Shown here piece by piece: positions 27,467 through 40,411 of a stretch of 64,000 bases of DNA (the first letter of the stretch is position 1; each line of letters opens with the position of its first letter). The position numbers were made by a program, and so were the translations under genes. The notes under the pieces are model-generated. The model saw only the letters and a program-made list of their open reading frames with translations. It was not told the DNA's origin and did no database searches. Source of the stretch: the human T2T-CHM13v2.0 reference genome, Homo sapiens; NCBI RefSeq assembly GCF_009914755.1, contig NC_060933.1. The stretch is one strand, 5' to 3'.

Positions 27467-29520
27467 AGAGGCAAGAGCCTTTGGAGACACACATGTAAAA
27501 CAAAATCAGGCCGTTTGCACCATAAAAATTAAGCTTTGCTAGAATGTCTGCAGTACCTAATAATGCTAAACTATACTTTCTCCTACCTGACTTTGAGTGA
27601 CCTCATCACAGGATATTTTCTGCTAACTTCACTACAAGGAGTACAGATGCAGGAAATATATGGAGAGAGGATGAAAACCTGTACTGCTACCTATAGGTGA
27701 AGAAACAGGCCCAGAGAGAAGGGAGTGCAGCATATCAAGCGGACCTGGAAGCCATGTTGACCTGACCCCATGTTGGTTCTCTTTCCACCTCACCACACTG
27801 CCTTGCAAAAACAGGTGTGTGTCCACATGGCTAAACATCAGGCCCCTGAGGTAACAGAGCCAATGACTCAAAGAGAATGAGACAGGCAGGATTTGGGTTT
27901 CTCAATGCTACCGATGCCCCTGAACTGGTGCTGGGGTTTCTAGGGGCAGAGCTGAGTGCTAGCCCTGGCCAGGAGACACCACGCAGGTTTTGCTCAGCTT
28001 CCAGACTATTCTGCCTCCTATCAGGGAGCCTGGAAATGAGTCATACCCCTGCTCTTGAACTGGAAAGAAGAAAGTGGTCTCCTATGGCATTTATCCAAAC
28101 TTTTCTAGCCAAGACGCACTGGTTCTGATTCTTGCCTCTGCCCATTGCTGAAGGAAGGAAGTTGTCATTTCCAGGGCTTGAGAATGTCAAAGATGTTACC
28201 AGCTCAAGTGAGCCTGGATTTAGTCCGGGTCAGCAGAGATAATGACAGCTCCAGGGTTCCACTTAGCCTCTTCCAGATGACAGTCTGTGTGGTTCCAAAA
28301 AGAAGATGAAGGAGAAAGTATGAATTAGAGAGATTTGGATATAGAGGTGGCAAATTTACTCCCACCTTCTATAAACGCCAAGACAGATGCACGCAGGTGA
28401 GCTCAGATGGAGAATGGGTTGGGAAAGATGCAGAAAGACTGCCTGGTGCCTAGAGTATGCATTCATTCAGGATGGTCTAGCTGGCTAGCCTGAGATTTTA
28501 CCCTAAACCTGCAATTACCCATCATGAAATCTCCAGCAATGCCTTCCCTTGTCAGCCTCACTTTCCTTACCTGTGACTGGGATGCTGCCCAGGTGGCTGT
28601 GAGGATTGAATGAGATCATGTATTTTTAGAAGGTATTTATACACCCACCTTGTTCCAGAAAGGATTTGACACACCTATGAGATAATCTAGATACAGCCCT
28701 TAGCATACTGTTTAGCATGTAATAGGTCCTCAATCAATGCCAGCCTTCCTTCCTAAAGAAAATCTCAGTGATTCCATCTAATTCAATGTGGAGAGAATGC
28801 AGAGGCCAGAATGAATGAGGGAAATGTAGCTATTTTTAGAGAAAAGTGGTCTTAATAAGTAGATCACCTATTCTTCCAATAAAAAAGATAATTTTGAAAA
28901 CTGGATAGCAATATGAAAAATGTTCTGATGTAAGGGAAAAGGCAGTGAATAGTGCATATGCATGTGCCTTTATAGAATATGTGTCAATCTAACAACATGG
29001 AGAGATTTTTACCTTACCTCCCCTCCCCTTACCTCCCACTCCCCAAATTCCTTTTGGTAAGAGAATGGCATTTGTTTGGGTATGTTCTTGGGGAAGAAGA
29101 GCACTAAATATGGAAACTAATCTGAATGACAGAAGGCGGAGACTTTTTCTTGTGACTCCAGAAAAGGATGGTCATGGAGGAGAAATTGAGGAGAGAAGGA
29201 AAGGCAGATGGAGCAGGAAAAAAAAAGGCAGAAGATCCCATGCTGTAGAATGCCTAGGACCATCTATGAGACCTCACCCTTCAGTCAAGTTATTAACTCA
29301 TGCACAATTGGTGGTGAGGAACCTGCTAGGGCATGGAGGGAAGTGACTGTCCTTTGTTCTCAGACCAATGCGAAGAAAAATAAAAATAATACAGAGAGAC
29401 AGAGGATCAAGAACCAGGGAAAAGCATAGGAGTGGTGGACCTCAGAAACTCTCAGAAATTGTGACAAGAAATCTATACACTCTTGCAGCAAAGAGTCAGA
29501 AAATCAGGGGCCTCATCTGA

Positions 29521-29853
<333 letters not shown>

Positions 29854-30231
29854 TGAAGAGAGCTGTAAAGAAAAAGATGAAAATGGGTAATATATTATGA
29901 TGGAAATATTGTGGTTGGTTTGCTAAGTACCTTTTTCTGATTACAAAGTCAAACAAGTGCATTGTGAAAAATTTGAAAAAATATAGAACAGTTTGAGGAA
30001 GAAACCACTATTAGTGTTTTGGTTAGTACACATCCCTTGAGTGCTCTTTCCACATGTGTACCTGCTGGCATGCTATTTTCATGCCACTCACATTTGCACA
30101 TATGAGATCACATCCCTCAGTTTGTCTGACCTCCACTTTTTTTACTCAATCACTCAACATGGGCATTTCACACGCCACTGAATTTCTTTTTCCATATCTT
30201 TTTAAATGGCTGTATAGTATTCCATACCATG

Positions 30232-30585
30232 TGATATGGTTTGTCTCTGTGTCCCCACCCAAGTCTCATCTTGAATTGTACTTCCATAATTCCCATGTGT
30301 TGTGGGAGGGACCCAGAGGGAGACAATTTGAATCATGGGGGTGGTTTCCCCCATACTGTTCTCATGGTAGTGAATAAGTCTCATGAGATCTGATGGTTTT
30401 ATCAGGGGTTTCTGCTGTGCATCCTCCTCATTTTTCTCTTCTGCCGCCATGTAAGAAGTGCCTTTTGCCTCCCGCCATGATTCTAAGGCCTCCCCAGCCA
30501 CGTGGAACTATATGTCCAATTAAACTTCTTTTTCTTCCCAGTCTCAGGTATGTCTTTATCAGCAGCATGCAAATGGACTAATACA
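30232..30585 (+). mobile_element. THE1A solo LTR
   Basis: TGATATGGTTTG...TTTGAATCATGGGGG...ATGTCTTTATCAGCAGCATG...GACTAATACA. Confidence 0.92.
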
Positions 30586-30803
30586 TCATTGGAGTACAAA
30601 ATTTAACGAGTCTCCTGATTTTGGAACTCACTATTCTAAATAATGCCCCAGTGTACATTCTTACACATAAACCTTTAAGTATGTACATGGTTATTTCTTC
30701 AGATTCCATCTCTAGAAATAGAGCTGCTGGGTCGAAGATATGCACACATTTAAGACTTTTGTCACATTTAGCCAAGTTACCTTCCATACATATTGTACAT
30801 ATT

Positions 30804-31063
30804 ATCTTCTTTCCAACTTTTAGGTTCAGGAGGTACATGTGCAGGTTCGCTATGTGGGTAAATTGTGTATTGCAGGGGTTTGGTATAAAGATTGTTTTGT
30901 CACTCAGGTAAGAAACATAGTACCTGACAGGTAGTTTATTTATTCTTACCCTTCTCCCATGCTCCACCTTCAAGTAGGTACCAGTGTCTATTGTTCTCTT
31001 CTTTGTGTCTATGTGTACTCAATGTTTAGCTCCCACTTATGAAACTGGACCCCTTCCTTTCAC
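30804..31063 (-). mobile_element. L1PA15/16-like 5'-truncated, 5'-inverted insertion
   Basis: Antisense 3'UTR 30804-31040, then a plus-strand ORF2 fragment (KLDPFLSPY); perfect TSD CATATTGTACATATT at 30789-30803 and 31064-31078. Confidence 0.85.
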
Positions 31064-31406
31064 CATATTGTACATATTTTACACACCACCAGTCGTGCAA
31101 GAAAATGCCCATTTTCCCCACACACTTACTTAGCATTTGGGATGGTAATTTTCTTTCATTTCTGCCAGTTTAATGGGTGATGGCATATCAGTGTTGTTTT
31201 TTTATTTCTTTGATCACCAGTGAGATAATATTCTCTTGTTTATCAAGTATTGGACCTTTGTATTTCATCTTTTATTAATTACATACTCATATCCTTTGCT
31301 CATTTTCTTATTGGAGCTTCTTTTTTTTCCTTGTGGACTTACATTTTAACCACTTGTTTGCCATATATGCTGTAAATATTCCCTTGGATTATATTTAATG
31401 TTTAAA

Positions 31407-31558
31407 TTTTTTTTTGTTTTTTTGTCTTGTTTTGTTTTGTTTTTGAGATAAGGTCTCCCTATGTTGCCCAGGCTGGTCTCAATCTCCTGGGCTCAAGTGA
31501 TTCTTCTACTTCAGCTTCCTAAGTAGCTGAGGTTACAGGAACACACCACCACACTGGG
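31407..31558 (-). mobile_element. FLAM monomer
   Basis: GAGATAAGGTCTCCCTATGTTGCCCAGGCTGGTCTC...CCTGGGCTCAAGTGAT, single arm. Confidence 0.85.
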
Positions 31559-31935
31559 ATAACACTTTTATGGGGTTTTTAAAGCATGATACTTTATTTT
31601 TATTTTATTAAATCTATCAATATTTTCCTTTATGATGTTTTAATACTTAGGTTTTTCTCATTTTGCAATTGTGTAACTATGTGTTACTTGTTTTCATCTT
31701 AATACACTTTCTTTTTAAAAAATTTTCTTTACTCCACCTAGAATTGAGTAATTTATATAAGATAGTGATCTAAATACATGTATTCTACGAATAGTCAATC
31801 ATCCCAACACCAGTTACTGACTGATCCATTGTTTTTCACTAATGAAAAATGTTGCCTTTATTATGGCATAGAGTCTACATAGCCAAGAAGGTCTTTTTAT
31901 GATGCAATTGGCTGGGTATAAAAATCTTGAATCAC

Positions 31936-32227
31936 GGCCGGGCGTGGTGGCTCATGTCTGTAATACCAGCACTTTGGGAGGCTGAGACGGATCACGAGGT
32001 CAGGAGATTGAGACCATCCTGGCTAACATGGTGAAACCCCATCTCTACTAAAAATACAAAAACAAAATTAGCCAGGCATGCTGGCTGGAGGTTTCTGTAG
32101 TCCCAGCTACTCGGGAGGCTGAGGTGGGAGAATGGCGTGAACCCAGGAGGTGGAACTTGCAGTGGGCTCAGATCACCACTGCACTCCAGCCTGGGCGACA
32201 GAGCAAGACTCCGTCTAAAAAAAAAAA
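31936..32227 (+). mobile_element. AluY
   Basis: GAGACCATCCTGGCTAAC, GAATGGCGTGAACCC; perfect TSD AAAAATCTTGAATCAC. Confidence 0.95.
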
Positions 32228-32558
32228 AAAAATCTTGAATCACAATTTTGTCTTCCAATATTCTGTAGAAATTCCTACATTATCTTTTAATATATAGTTT
32301 TACTTTCCATATTTTCTATACCTTGAACAATTTTACATAGAAAAGGAGTTATTTATTTTATGAAATTTAGAAGAATTTGCCTACTAACCACGTAAGATTT
32401 CACAATTTTTGGAGGTAGTTCTTTGAGATTTCCACCAATCTCTCTGATACTTATTGATATATTGTGTTGTGTCCACTTAGATTATTTTTATGTTTGCTAA
32501 AAAATAATTCCATTTATGTAGATTTCCAAATTTATTAACTGGAAGTTTTACATAGTAT

Positions 32559-32563
<5 letters not shown>

Positions 32564-32590
<27 letters not shown>

Positions 32591-32855
32591 AGACGGAGTC
32601 TCGCTCTGTCACCCAGGCTGGAGTGTAGTGGTGGCAACCTCCACCTCCTGGGTTCAAGTGATTCTCCTGCCTCGGCCTCCTGAGTACCTGGGATTACAGG
32701 CACCTGCCACCATGCCCAGCTAATTTTTTGTATTTTTAGTAGAGACAGGGTTTCACCATGTTGGTCGGGCTGGTTTTGAACTCCTGACCTCGTGATCCTC
32801 CTGTCTTGGCCTCCCAAAGTGCTGGTATTACAGGCATGAGCCACCATGCCCAGCC
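32564..32855 (-). mobile_element. AluSg-like
   Basis: Poly-T, GAACTCCTGACCTCGTGATCC; short deletion after GTGGTG. Confidence 0.93.
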
Positions 32856-33688
32856 TTTAATTTCTACTTTATGTTTAGATTCCCTTTGTCTTATCCAATG
32901 CTGAATGCTTATGTTTTATCCCTTTTAATTATTAAGATATTCAAAGATTGTTCTGTATCCTTTTTTAAAGTGAATCTTAAATTTATTTACCAATTCTACT
33001 ACTCTTTTCTAATTTATTGATTTCTGATCTTAAATGGATTTTATTCTTCTTTCTACTTACCTTGGGCTAACTTTGTGGTTCTTTCTCTCACTTCTTAAGT
33101 TGAATGCCTATTTGTATATTTTTTCTTTTTCTTGCCTGATAAAATTGTTAAAGGCTGTAAATACTTCTTTGGGTATATCTCTAGCAACTCAACTTCCATC
33201 AGTGTTGACAAGTTGTATTCTCACTGTTACAGTATTCTACACAGCCTATAATTATAGTTTGTTTTGATTCAATCTTGACTAAAGAGTAATTGAAATTCTT
33301 CCTTATTTCATCCAATATCCTTCTCAGCTCAACTTGGTTCCTTTTGGCTTTATGCTTTTTTTTTTTTTTTTCCAAACACACAATGTCTTCTTAATATTTT
33401 CCAAGGATACAAAATAGTTTCCTGATTTTTTTCTGGACACTAAAGAGATGCAACTTCATGATAGGTCTTTTCTCTTGATCAATAATACTTTTTCATAGAC
33501 TTTTTATTTGCTTTTCTTTCCTATTCTTTATCTTCAAGAAAGTCAGAGTCTATCCAAACTCTATAAAAATACAGAATGTAAGAATGTACTACCTCACTCT
33601 CTGTTCTCATGAGTAATGGCTAAGTCTTTTCAGATCTTCTTAAGGAGGATAGACTTAAGTGTACAGCTAACAGCTCAGTTTCTACCAG

Positions 33689-33756
33689 ATAACTCAGCTT
33701 GATGAAGAGGACCTCTTCTCCTACACTGATGACTACTTCTCCAACCCTCTGAACAG
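33689..33756 (+). other. Candidate 68-nt spliced exon (alternative acceptor at 33634)
   Basis: GCTAAC branch point, TTTCTACCAG|ATAA acceptor, AACAG|GTAAGG donor. Confidence 0.3.
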
Positions 33757-33772
33757 GTAAGGTACATGGAAA

Positions 33773-33792
33773 AACTACAATTCCCAGCATGC
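33773..33792 (+). promoter_or_regulatory. ZNF143/THAP11-type SBS motif
   Basis: AACTACAATTCCCAGCATGC matches ACTACAnnTCCCAGnATGC. Confidence 0.6.
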
Positions 33793-33896
33793 AGTGGTAT
33801 TGTAATTCATCCTGTGTTTGGTCTTCTACCTACAGCATCTCATTTGTGGGGCTTGAACATAACAGTGTAATATGGTGCTATTAATGTGCATGCATA

Positions 33897-33921
33897 CACA
33901 CACACACACACACACACACAC
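33897..33921. repeat. (CA)n microsatellite
   Basis: Directly visible. Confidence 0.95.
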
Positions 33922-34589
33922 TTTCTGTCCTTGTGGATTCTAAGAGTTACTGTCTCTGATTGAATACAGGCAGCAGGCTGGGAGGGGATGGGAGGAGGAG
34001 AAAACCAAGTAGGAGTAAATTGGGGAAGGGAAAGGAGCAATGCTCTGGGTGCCTCACAGCAGAAGGATGGCTGCCCTGTTTTCTGATGACTATGGTTCCA
34101 GGATATCAGAGTCAAGGAAAGCAGTTCAAAGTCCCTTTTCACTTTTCTTCAGGCAGTCTCAGTTTCATAAGACAAAGGTAAAACAGGTTTCTCTCAGTCC
34201 AACTCTATCTACTTTAGAGTTCATGGAAATCTCTCTCTGACCCTGTATTCAGCAGGTTACCAATTGGAGGTTCGGATGATTTTGTGAGTTTTTGTCTCAT
34301 GCTTCACAGATAGTTAGCAGAGAATTTAAAGAGGATACATCAGGGCCTGTAAGCCAGATGCCATTTTAATGAGCATTTTCTATTCACTGTCATAATTTTG
34401 CCTGTACAATAAATTCCAGTCTTGCTTCCACTACAATTCAGTGCCATCATTTCTTATTAGAAATATTGGGAACATTTCTTGACTCTTCTCCCTGCCTCCA
34501 GTCCTATCCCTTCCATCCCATCCTCACCCCAGTCACCAAGAGTGATTTTTCTAAATCCAAAGTTATTAAGTCCATCCTTCCATCCCAAA

Positions 34590-35250
34590 ATCTCCAGTTC
34601 AGCCATTCAAATACTCACTGAGCCGCTACTCAATTCCAGGCACTGTGTTAAGTCCCAAGACCTAACACAAGCCACCAAGAAGCACCCAGTCTTTGTGGAA
34701 GAGGGAGAAAGCAGAACTTATAATTCAGCAAGATGAAAGCTGTGGAAGGAGGAAGTTCAGTGTGCCATGAGATGGAGCAGGAACATTACTAATCTGGGAA
34801 AACTTCCCAAGAAGAGGAGATGTTGGAAGGACAAGGGAGAGTCACTTGGGGAAGCACAATGTTCTAGAACCTGGGGGACAAAAGAAAGGCACGATGAGGG
34901 AGAAGCCCTTCAATCACCAAAGCAGGGCTGGAACACAGCAGGCAAGAACAACAGTGACAAGAGATGGGTCTGAGAAAATCAGCAAGGCCTGGGCCCTGGA
35001 TGATCCTGAGTCCAAGCTGAGGCGTTTGTTATTTTTATCTTTAGGGCACTGAGAAGCTACGGGAATTTTTTATCCAGAGAATAACATGATCAGGGTGCCT
35101 CTTGTGGCACAGGAGGAGGGATGAGGGAAGGAGAGATGCTACGTAGGAAGACTGTCAAGGAGCTGTTGTAATGGCTCAGGTGAGAGATGCTGCAAAGAGT
35201 TTGAAGTCCAGAGATGTTTGGAAGCAAACCTAGAGGACTTGTTGACTGAA
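34590..35250 (-). mobile_element. L2 fragment
   Basis: CATTCAAATACTCACTGAG...CCAGGCACTGTG...GGCACTGAGAAGCTAC...GGACTTGTTGACTGA. Confidence 0.7.
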
Positions 35251-35639
35251 CAACATCCATACTTCCTTTCCACACTCAAGGCTTCTTTCTAATGTCTATA
35301 TAAGAGGTGGGAAAGAGCAGGCCTAGTTGGGAGCAAAAACCAACTAGGTGTGGCTGTGGTCTCCATCCATCATGGACCAAAGCTATCACTTCCATCTCCC
35401 CTTAGGCCAGAAAGATGACAAAACAAAGAGAGAACTGCACAAAGCCAATGGGGTCCCCAGCACACGTAAGGAGTGACTATGTACCCATTATTGTGCTAGG
35501 TAATTCAAGGGAGAACAGGAAACTGCAAATAACCTACCAATAAAAAGCAGCAAATTATAGTAACATGTTTAGAACCTTGCAGAGGGACACATTTAGAATA
35601 CAGATGGAAGGAAGGACTGTTTTGTCGTTGTTGTTGTTG

Positions 35640-35779
35640 CTTTTAGTAAATTCTCAGTTTAAATTTATAATATGATAAATCTCAACCAATATAACCCTAT
35701 AAACAAAATCCCTTTAGGGCCACAGTAATTTTTTAAGACTGTAAGGGAATTCTGATACCAAAAAGTTAGAAAACCATTG
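35640..35779 (+). mobile_element. hAT-Charlie (Charlie1-like) terminal fragment
   Basis: ATAACCCTATAAACAAAATCCCTTTAGGG...CTGATACCAAAAAGTTAGAAAACCATTG. Confidence 0.6.
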
Positions 35780-35854
35780 CAATAAATGATAGATGACTAA
35801 TTCAGCAAGGGTCAGAACTAGAAACACCTGATCTTTATCTGATACCAAAGATGG

Positions 35855-36170
35855 ATTTGTTCTCCATTGTTGCTGCAACAAGTTAGCACAATCTTAGTGG
35901 CTTAAAATGTTACACATCTATCATCTCACAGTTACCATTGGTTAGAAGTCTTAGTACAGGTCAGCTGGATTCTATGCACAGGTCTCACAGGCTGAAATCA
36001 AAGTTTGGGCTGGGTCTTCTATCCTCTGAGGCTGCAGTCCTCTTCCAAGTTGAATGGTTGTTGGCTGAATTCAGTTCGTTGCAAACATAGGACTGAGGTC
36101 TCCATTTTTGTGTTGGCCATCAGTGGGGATTGCCCTCAGCTCCTTGCTGCCACTCTCTGGTACTTGCACA
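35855..36170 (-). mobile_element. MLT1 (D/E-like) LTR fragment
   Basis: CTTAGTGGCTTAAAA...GGCTGAAATCAAAG...GGACTGAGGTCTCCATT. Confidence 0.7.
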
Positions 36171-36571
36171 CAACCCCCAAGAAGGGGCTGTGATTGATCC
36201 TCTGTCTTGTTGCTTGTTTGTTGTGTGACCTGTTCAATGCAATGGCCAAGGAGGTTGGGCTGGGATGAACTTTGGTCTGTTGTTTGGGGGGACAGAAAAG
36301 GCTCTTCTATCAGGCTTAAGTGGGGTGAGCAGGTCAGTCACAAAGAGCCAGTGAAGTGGGAAGTTCCAAGGAAAAAAGAACCCACTAGGAAATGACTTGA
36401 AGAATGAAATGAGCAAGTACAGCAAAGGGCTCCCAGTTCCTCTGGGGTCATGGGGAGGACAGAGGTCAGCCCAGTGCTTTCCTCTTGGGCCACTATTTGG
36501 CTGGGAAGATGCAGCATAAAGCAAGTTTGCCCTTCAACTTCTTCAGCTTTAACCCCCGAAGAATAGTGTTG

Positions 36572-36720
36572 TCAAAATCAGCCACATAATTTGTAGAGCC
36601 CAGTGCAAAACGAAAATGCAGGGCCCCTTGTTCAAACTTAAGAATTTTAAATTGACAACAGCAGAGTGTTACATACATGGGGACTTTCTAAGCGTGGGGC
36701 CCTAAATGACTGCACACCCT
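36572..36720 (-). mobile_element. MER45A hAT-Tip100 MITE
   Basis: ACATAATTTGTAGAGCCCAGTGCAAAACGAAAATGCAGGGCCCCTTGTTCAAA. Confidence 0.85.
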
Positions 36721-37346
36721 GGCTATTGTGCTTAGATCAACAATCATTTATCAGATGGCTGGAACTCAAAATGTTGATAGAGATCATCTAGTCCAAATCT
36801 AGCTCCCATACTGTTCACTGGGAGAGCTGGGTCAGAGAAGGAGAAAACCTTGGCCAAGATCCTAGAGCGGGTCAGGGATGAGTTTATTTATCCAGATGAA
36901 GGGCTCTTTATTCTTCTGTGCTGCCCTTAAAGCTGTCTTTCACCCATCAAACTACAGCAGACACAGGTGGAAAGCCTATGACATGCCAAGCACTGAGCTT
37001 GCTGTCTGTCTTCACCCACACATAGCACAGAAGCAGTCAGGCATAGGGAGAGACCATCCTCGGCTTGGAGCAAGGATTTAATTCCTTACTCCACCAAAAA
37101 CCTGCATTGCCCCCCAGGCAGGTCATTGTTTCTCTCTGAGTTTTAGTCTCTTCTTTTGCATAGGAAGAACCAGCTTGTCTCAAAGGTCCTTCTCAGGTGT
37201 CACTTTTATGGAAACAACAGGGAGGAAGGCCTTCCAGTGTCGAATCAAGGGGGCCTTCCACCCCCATCAAGGAGGTAGCTCTGGGCTAAGCAGTCCTCGG
37301 GTGAAATTAACTCTGCTTTCAACTGAATTTGCCAGTTTTTCAGCCA

Positions 37347-37384
<38 letters not shown>
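37347..37384. repeat. (AAT)n microsatellite
   Basis: About 12 AAT units. Confidence 0.95.
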
Positions 37385-37904
37385 GTAGCACAACTACAAG
37401 CTGCTCCAAGCCAAGCTGCCCTTAAACAGATAATCGGATTTGCATAATTGGGTGCTGCTAAGGTTTAAATAATTCATCAACATGGCAGGCTCTTTTTAAT
37501 AGCCAAATAGAACTGCAGACTTTGGGAAAGGATCAATGGCAATCCATGTCCCAGGGATGTGAGCTGCATCCTCAGGGCAGCCAGAGCTGCGGGGTGAGGT
37601 TTAGAGCCTGGACTCTCTGCTGCCTGGTTCTCTCCTCTAACAAGGATTTGGACAAAGGGTTTGCTTTTCTTCTTCTGCAGTACTGACGTGTTAGGCAAAG
37701 CTTGTTCATAGCGTTGGGGCAAAGGGAAACCCCTGAGTCCCTTTGCAAAAAGACAAACTATCTGGAGAGATTTAGATTCCAGCAGAATTGTTTTGGCAAG
37801 ACCCAAAGTGAGGGCCAATAGGAACCTACTTGGAAAGAGATAATTTCATGCTATCTAGGGATGCAATTTCTGGCCATCCCTTGATAGCTTGTGTTGTTTC
37901 ACTT

Positions 37905-38491
37905 GTCAATGTTCCTCAGCCAAAAAGTCACCAGGAACATACTTGTAGTCAAACAAAGTTGACTTCAGCGTTCATAACAAAGGAAAATGCATACCATGGG
38001 GAACCATAAGGAGTCTCAATGAGAGAGTGCTGGGAATGAATTATTATGGGATTTGAACCTCTGTTAGGTGATTTATGGAGAGTTCCAGGAAGTGGGGTTT
38101 ACTGCATTGGATACTGTCAGGAAGTGGGGGTAATGCTACAACTGGGTACCTTGATAAATCTTATGTAAAGGGATGGGGAATATAGCAAGTCTGAAACTGG
38201 AATAGGTAAAGAAGAACAGTCACTCATATTAGCTGGAAGAGGGGGTTGGCCCTTTTGTGATTTGCACAGTGACCTTGTTTTTGTCTATGTCCAGACAAGA
38301 CTATGAAGGGGTCTTATGACCTCATCACCATCACACACAACAACATCAGACCTTGTCTGATGCTGGTGTCTTCTGAGGTTGTTTATGTCCGACAGGAGAA
38401 CACCATAGGTTATGTTCTAAGAACACTGACAAGGTCTGACTGTGAATGCCAGGCCAGATCCCAGATATCAGAGGTTGCTTTTCTCTGTCCC
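37905..38491 (-). mobile_element. Old ERV1-class solo LTR (MER89/MER110-like, family uncertain)
   Basis: Minus strand starts TGGGACAGAGAAAAGCAACCTCTGATATCTGGGATCTGGCCTGGCA; internal TACCATGGGGAACCATA. Confidence 0.5.
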
Positions 38492-39365
38492 ACCGTCATA
38501 CAAGAAAAGCAGTTTTATTACTTTACTACCTATGGACGCTGACTCAGAATGTTCAATGCCAACTTTGTTGTCTTCTCCTGAAACTTATTCCTTCTCCAAT
38601 GCTCCCCCCACCTTGATCAATGATGTCACCATCCACATGAGAACCCAGGTGAGATAGCTAGGCATTATCCTAGCCCATTTCCCCTCCCTTACCTTCTATA
38701 TTTAATCCCATCACCAATCCTGTTGATTCTGCCTCGAGATTAAACTCAAACTTCTAGAGGTTTTGTTGTCCTCTTTGGATTTTAACTGCCCAGATCAGCA
38801 GGAGGCTGTGCAGATGAAAGCAATGGAAGTGATGGGAAACATAGAGGAGATGGCATGGCCTCTGTCCCCTTCCCCACCAGTGCCTTGGATAAGTGTGATG
38901 TCCCAGAAGAGCAAGAACATAGGAGAGAAGCCAAAGAAGATGCTCAGGCTGTGTGGAAATTAGGGTCCAAGCAGTCTTGCTTTGTTATCCTGGTCATTGC
39001 AGTGGCACAGAATCAGGAGAGAATCTTCATTCCCCAACTCCACCAAAGGCTGCCATGTTCCTCTGCTGTTCTGTTTGTGCAGGGTTGCCAGAAGGTAAGG
39101 GCATGACAAGAGAGCTGAAATCTCAAAAGAACATGGAAAACAGTAGGAAAGACTTTTGTAGTGGAAGCCAGAGCAGATAAACAAGGGCAGAATTTTTATG
39201 AGCATCTATAAGCCAGGGGAGAGAATCTATCTGAAGGATTCAAATCCACAAAATATGAATATAAATATTAATATGATTCTGTTGATAGCTATAGGCTGGT
39301 AAAATACTTGAGACATTTGGATTTCACAAAAAAAGTCTGTACCCTCACAATGTTAGAGCCCTAGA

Positions 39366-39749
39366 CCAGCGATTCTCAAACTTTCTATAGTGAAGGAAGA
39401 GTTGTCAGTGGTGACACTGTTGTTATTAATTCCCAATTCATCATGGACCATTGCATGGATGACTGCATGTGACTACGACATGGTTCACGCCACCTGAAAC
39501 TCATCACTCACTTTCAACAGCACCCAAACTTGTCTGTACCCTGTTCAACAAGGACAGTCCTTGAATAAGCATGATTGGATGTCTCAGCAATGCCAAATTT
39601 CTATAAAAGATTTTGAACACCTACTGCAGCTCATTTTCTGAACTTACTACTCCTCCCAAGAAGTAGAGTTAGTGATGGGGTAGGGTGGGGCAGAGGCTTT
39701 CAGTTCACAGACCAGCACCAGGCTGTGGACCATACTTTGCCTAACACTG
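39366..39749 (+). mobile_element. hAT-Charlie (Charlie4-like) element
   Basis: TIR-like ends CAGCGATTCTCAAAC / TGGACCATACTTTGCCTAACACTG. Confidence 0.6.
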
Positions 39750-39939
39750 TCCTTGACCACCACAGGTCAAAGTGATCGTCTAACAGTCACTTAGTCTCAC
39801 CCCTACTTCGCAAGAGTGAAGCATTTGACTTAATTAATCCCTCAACCCAATAAAGGCCAAGACAGAAGATAGGCTTATTCCCTAAGGCAAGCCAACAATA
39901 TGTGATGATCCAGGTGCATATCCTATGCAAGATGGTATA

Positions 39940-40411
39940 TGTATTAGATTTCTATGGGTACTGTGACAAATAAACACAAACTCAGTGGCTTAAAACAACA
40001 CAAATTAATTTCCTTCCAGTTCTGGAAGTCAGAAGTCCAAAATCATTTTGGTCTCAAGGGGCTAAAATCAAGGTGCTAGTAGAGCTGATTTCTTCTTGAA
40101 GCTCCAGGAAAGAATCCATTCCTTGCCTCCCCCTTTCAGCTTCTAGAGGTTGCAGCATTCCTTGGTTTCCGGCCACATCACTCCCAAGCTCTGCTTCCAA
40201 CATCTCATGACTTTCTCCAGCCTTTAACCTTCTTGGCTCCCTTTTACAAGGACCCTTTTGATTATAATTAGGGCCTACCATGTAATATCCCCATCTTAAA
40301 ATCTTTAACTTGGTCATCATCAATGTCCCTTTTGCTACATAAGGTAAAATTCACAGGTCCAGAGATTAAGACGTGGATGTCTTTGGGCTGGCCATCATTC
40401 AACCTACCACA
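39940..40411 (-). mobile_element. MLT1C/D solo LTR
   Basis: TGTATTAG...CAGTGGCTTAAAACAACAC...CAACCTACCACA; TSD GTATA/GTATG. Confidence 0.88.

Larger units (their letters stand above)
29930..31900 (-). mobile_element. Old L1M(E) interrupted by THE1, L1PA and FLAM
   Basis: TTTAAATGGCTGTATAGTATTCCA...CTAGAAATAGAGCTGCTGGGTC...CATATCCTTTGCTCATTTTCTTATTGG. Confidence 0.65.
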
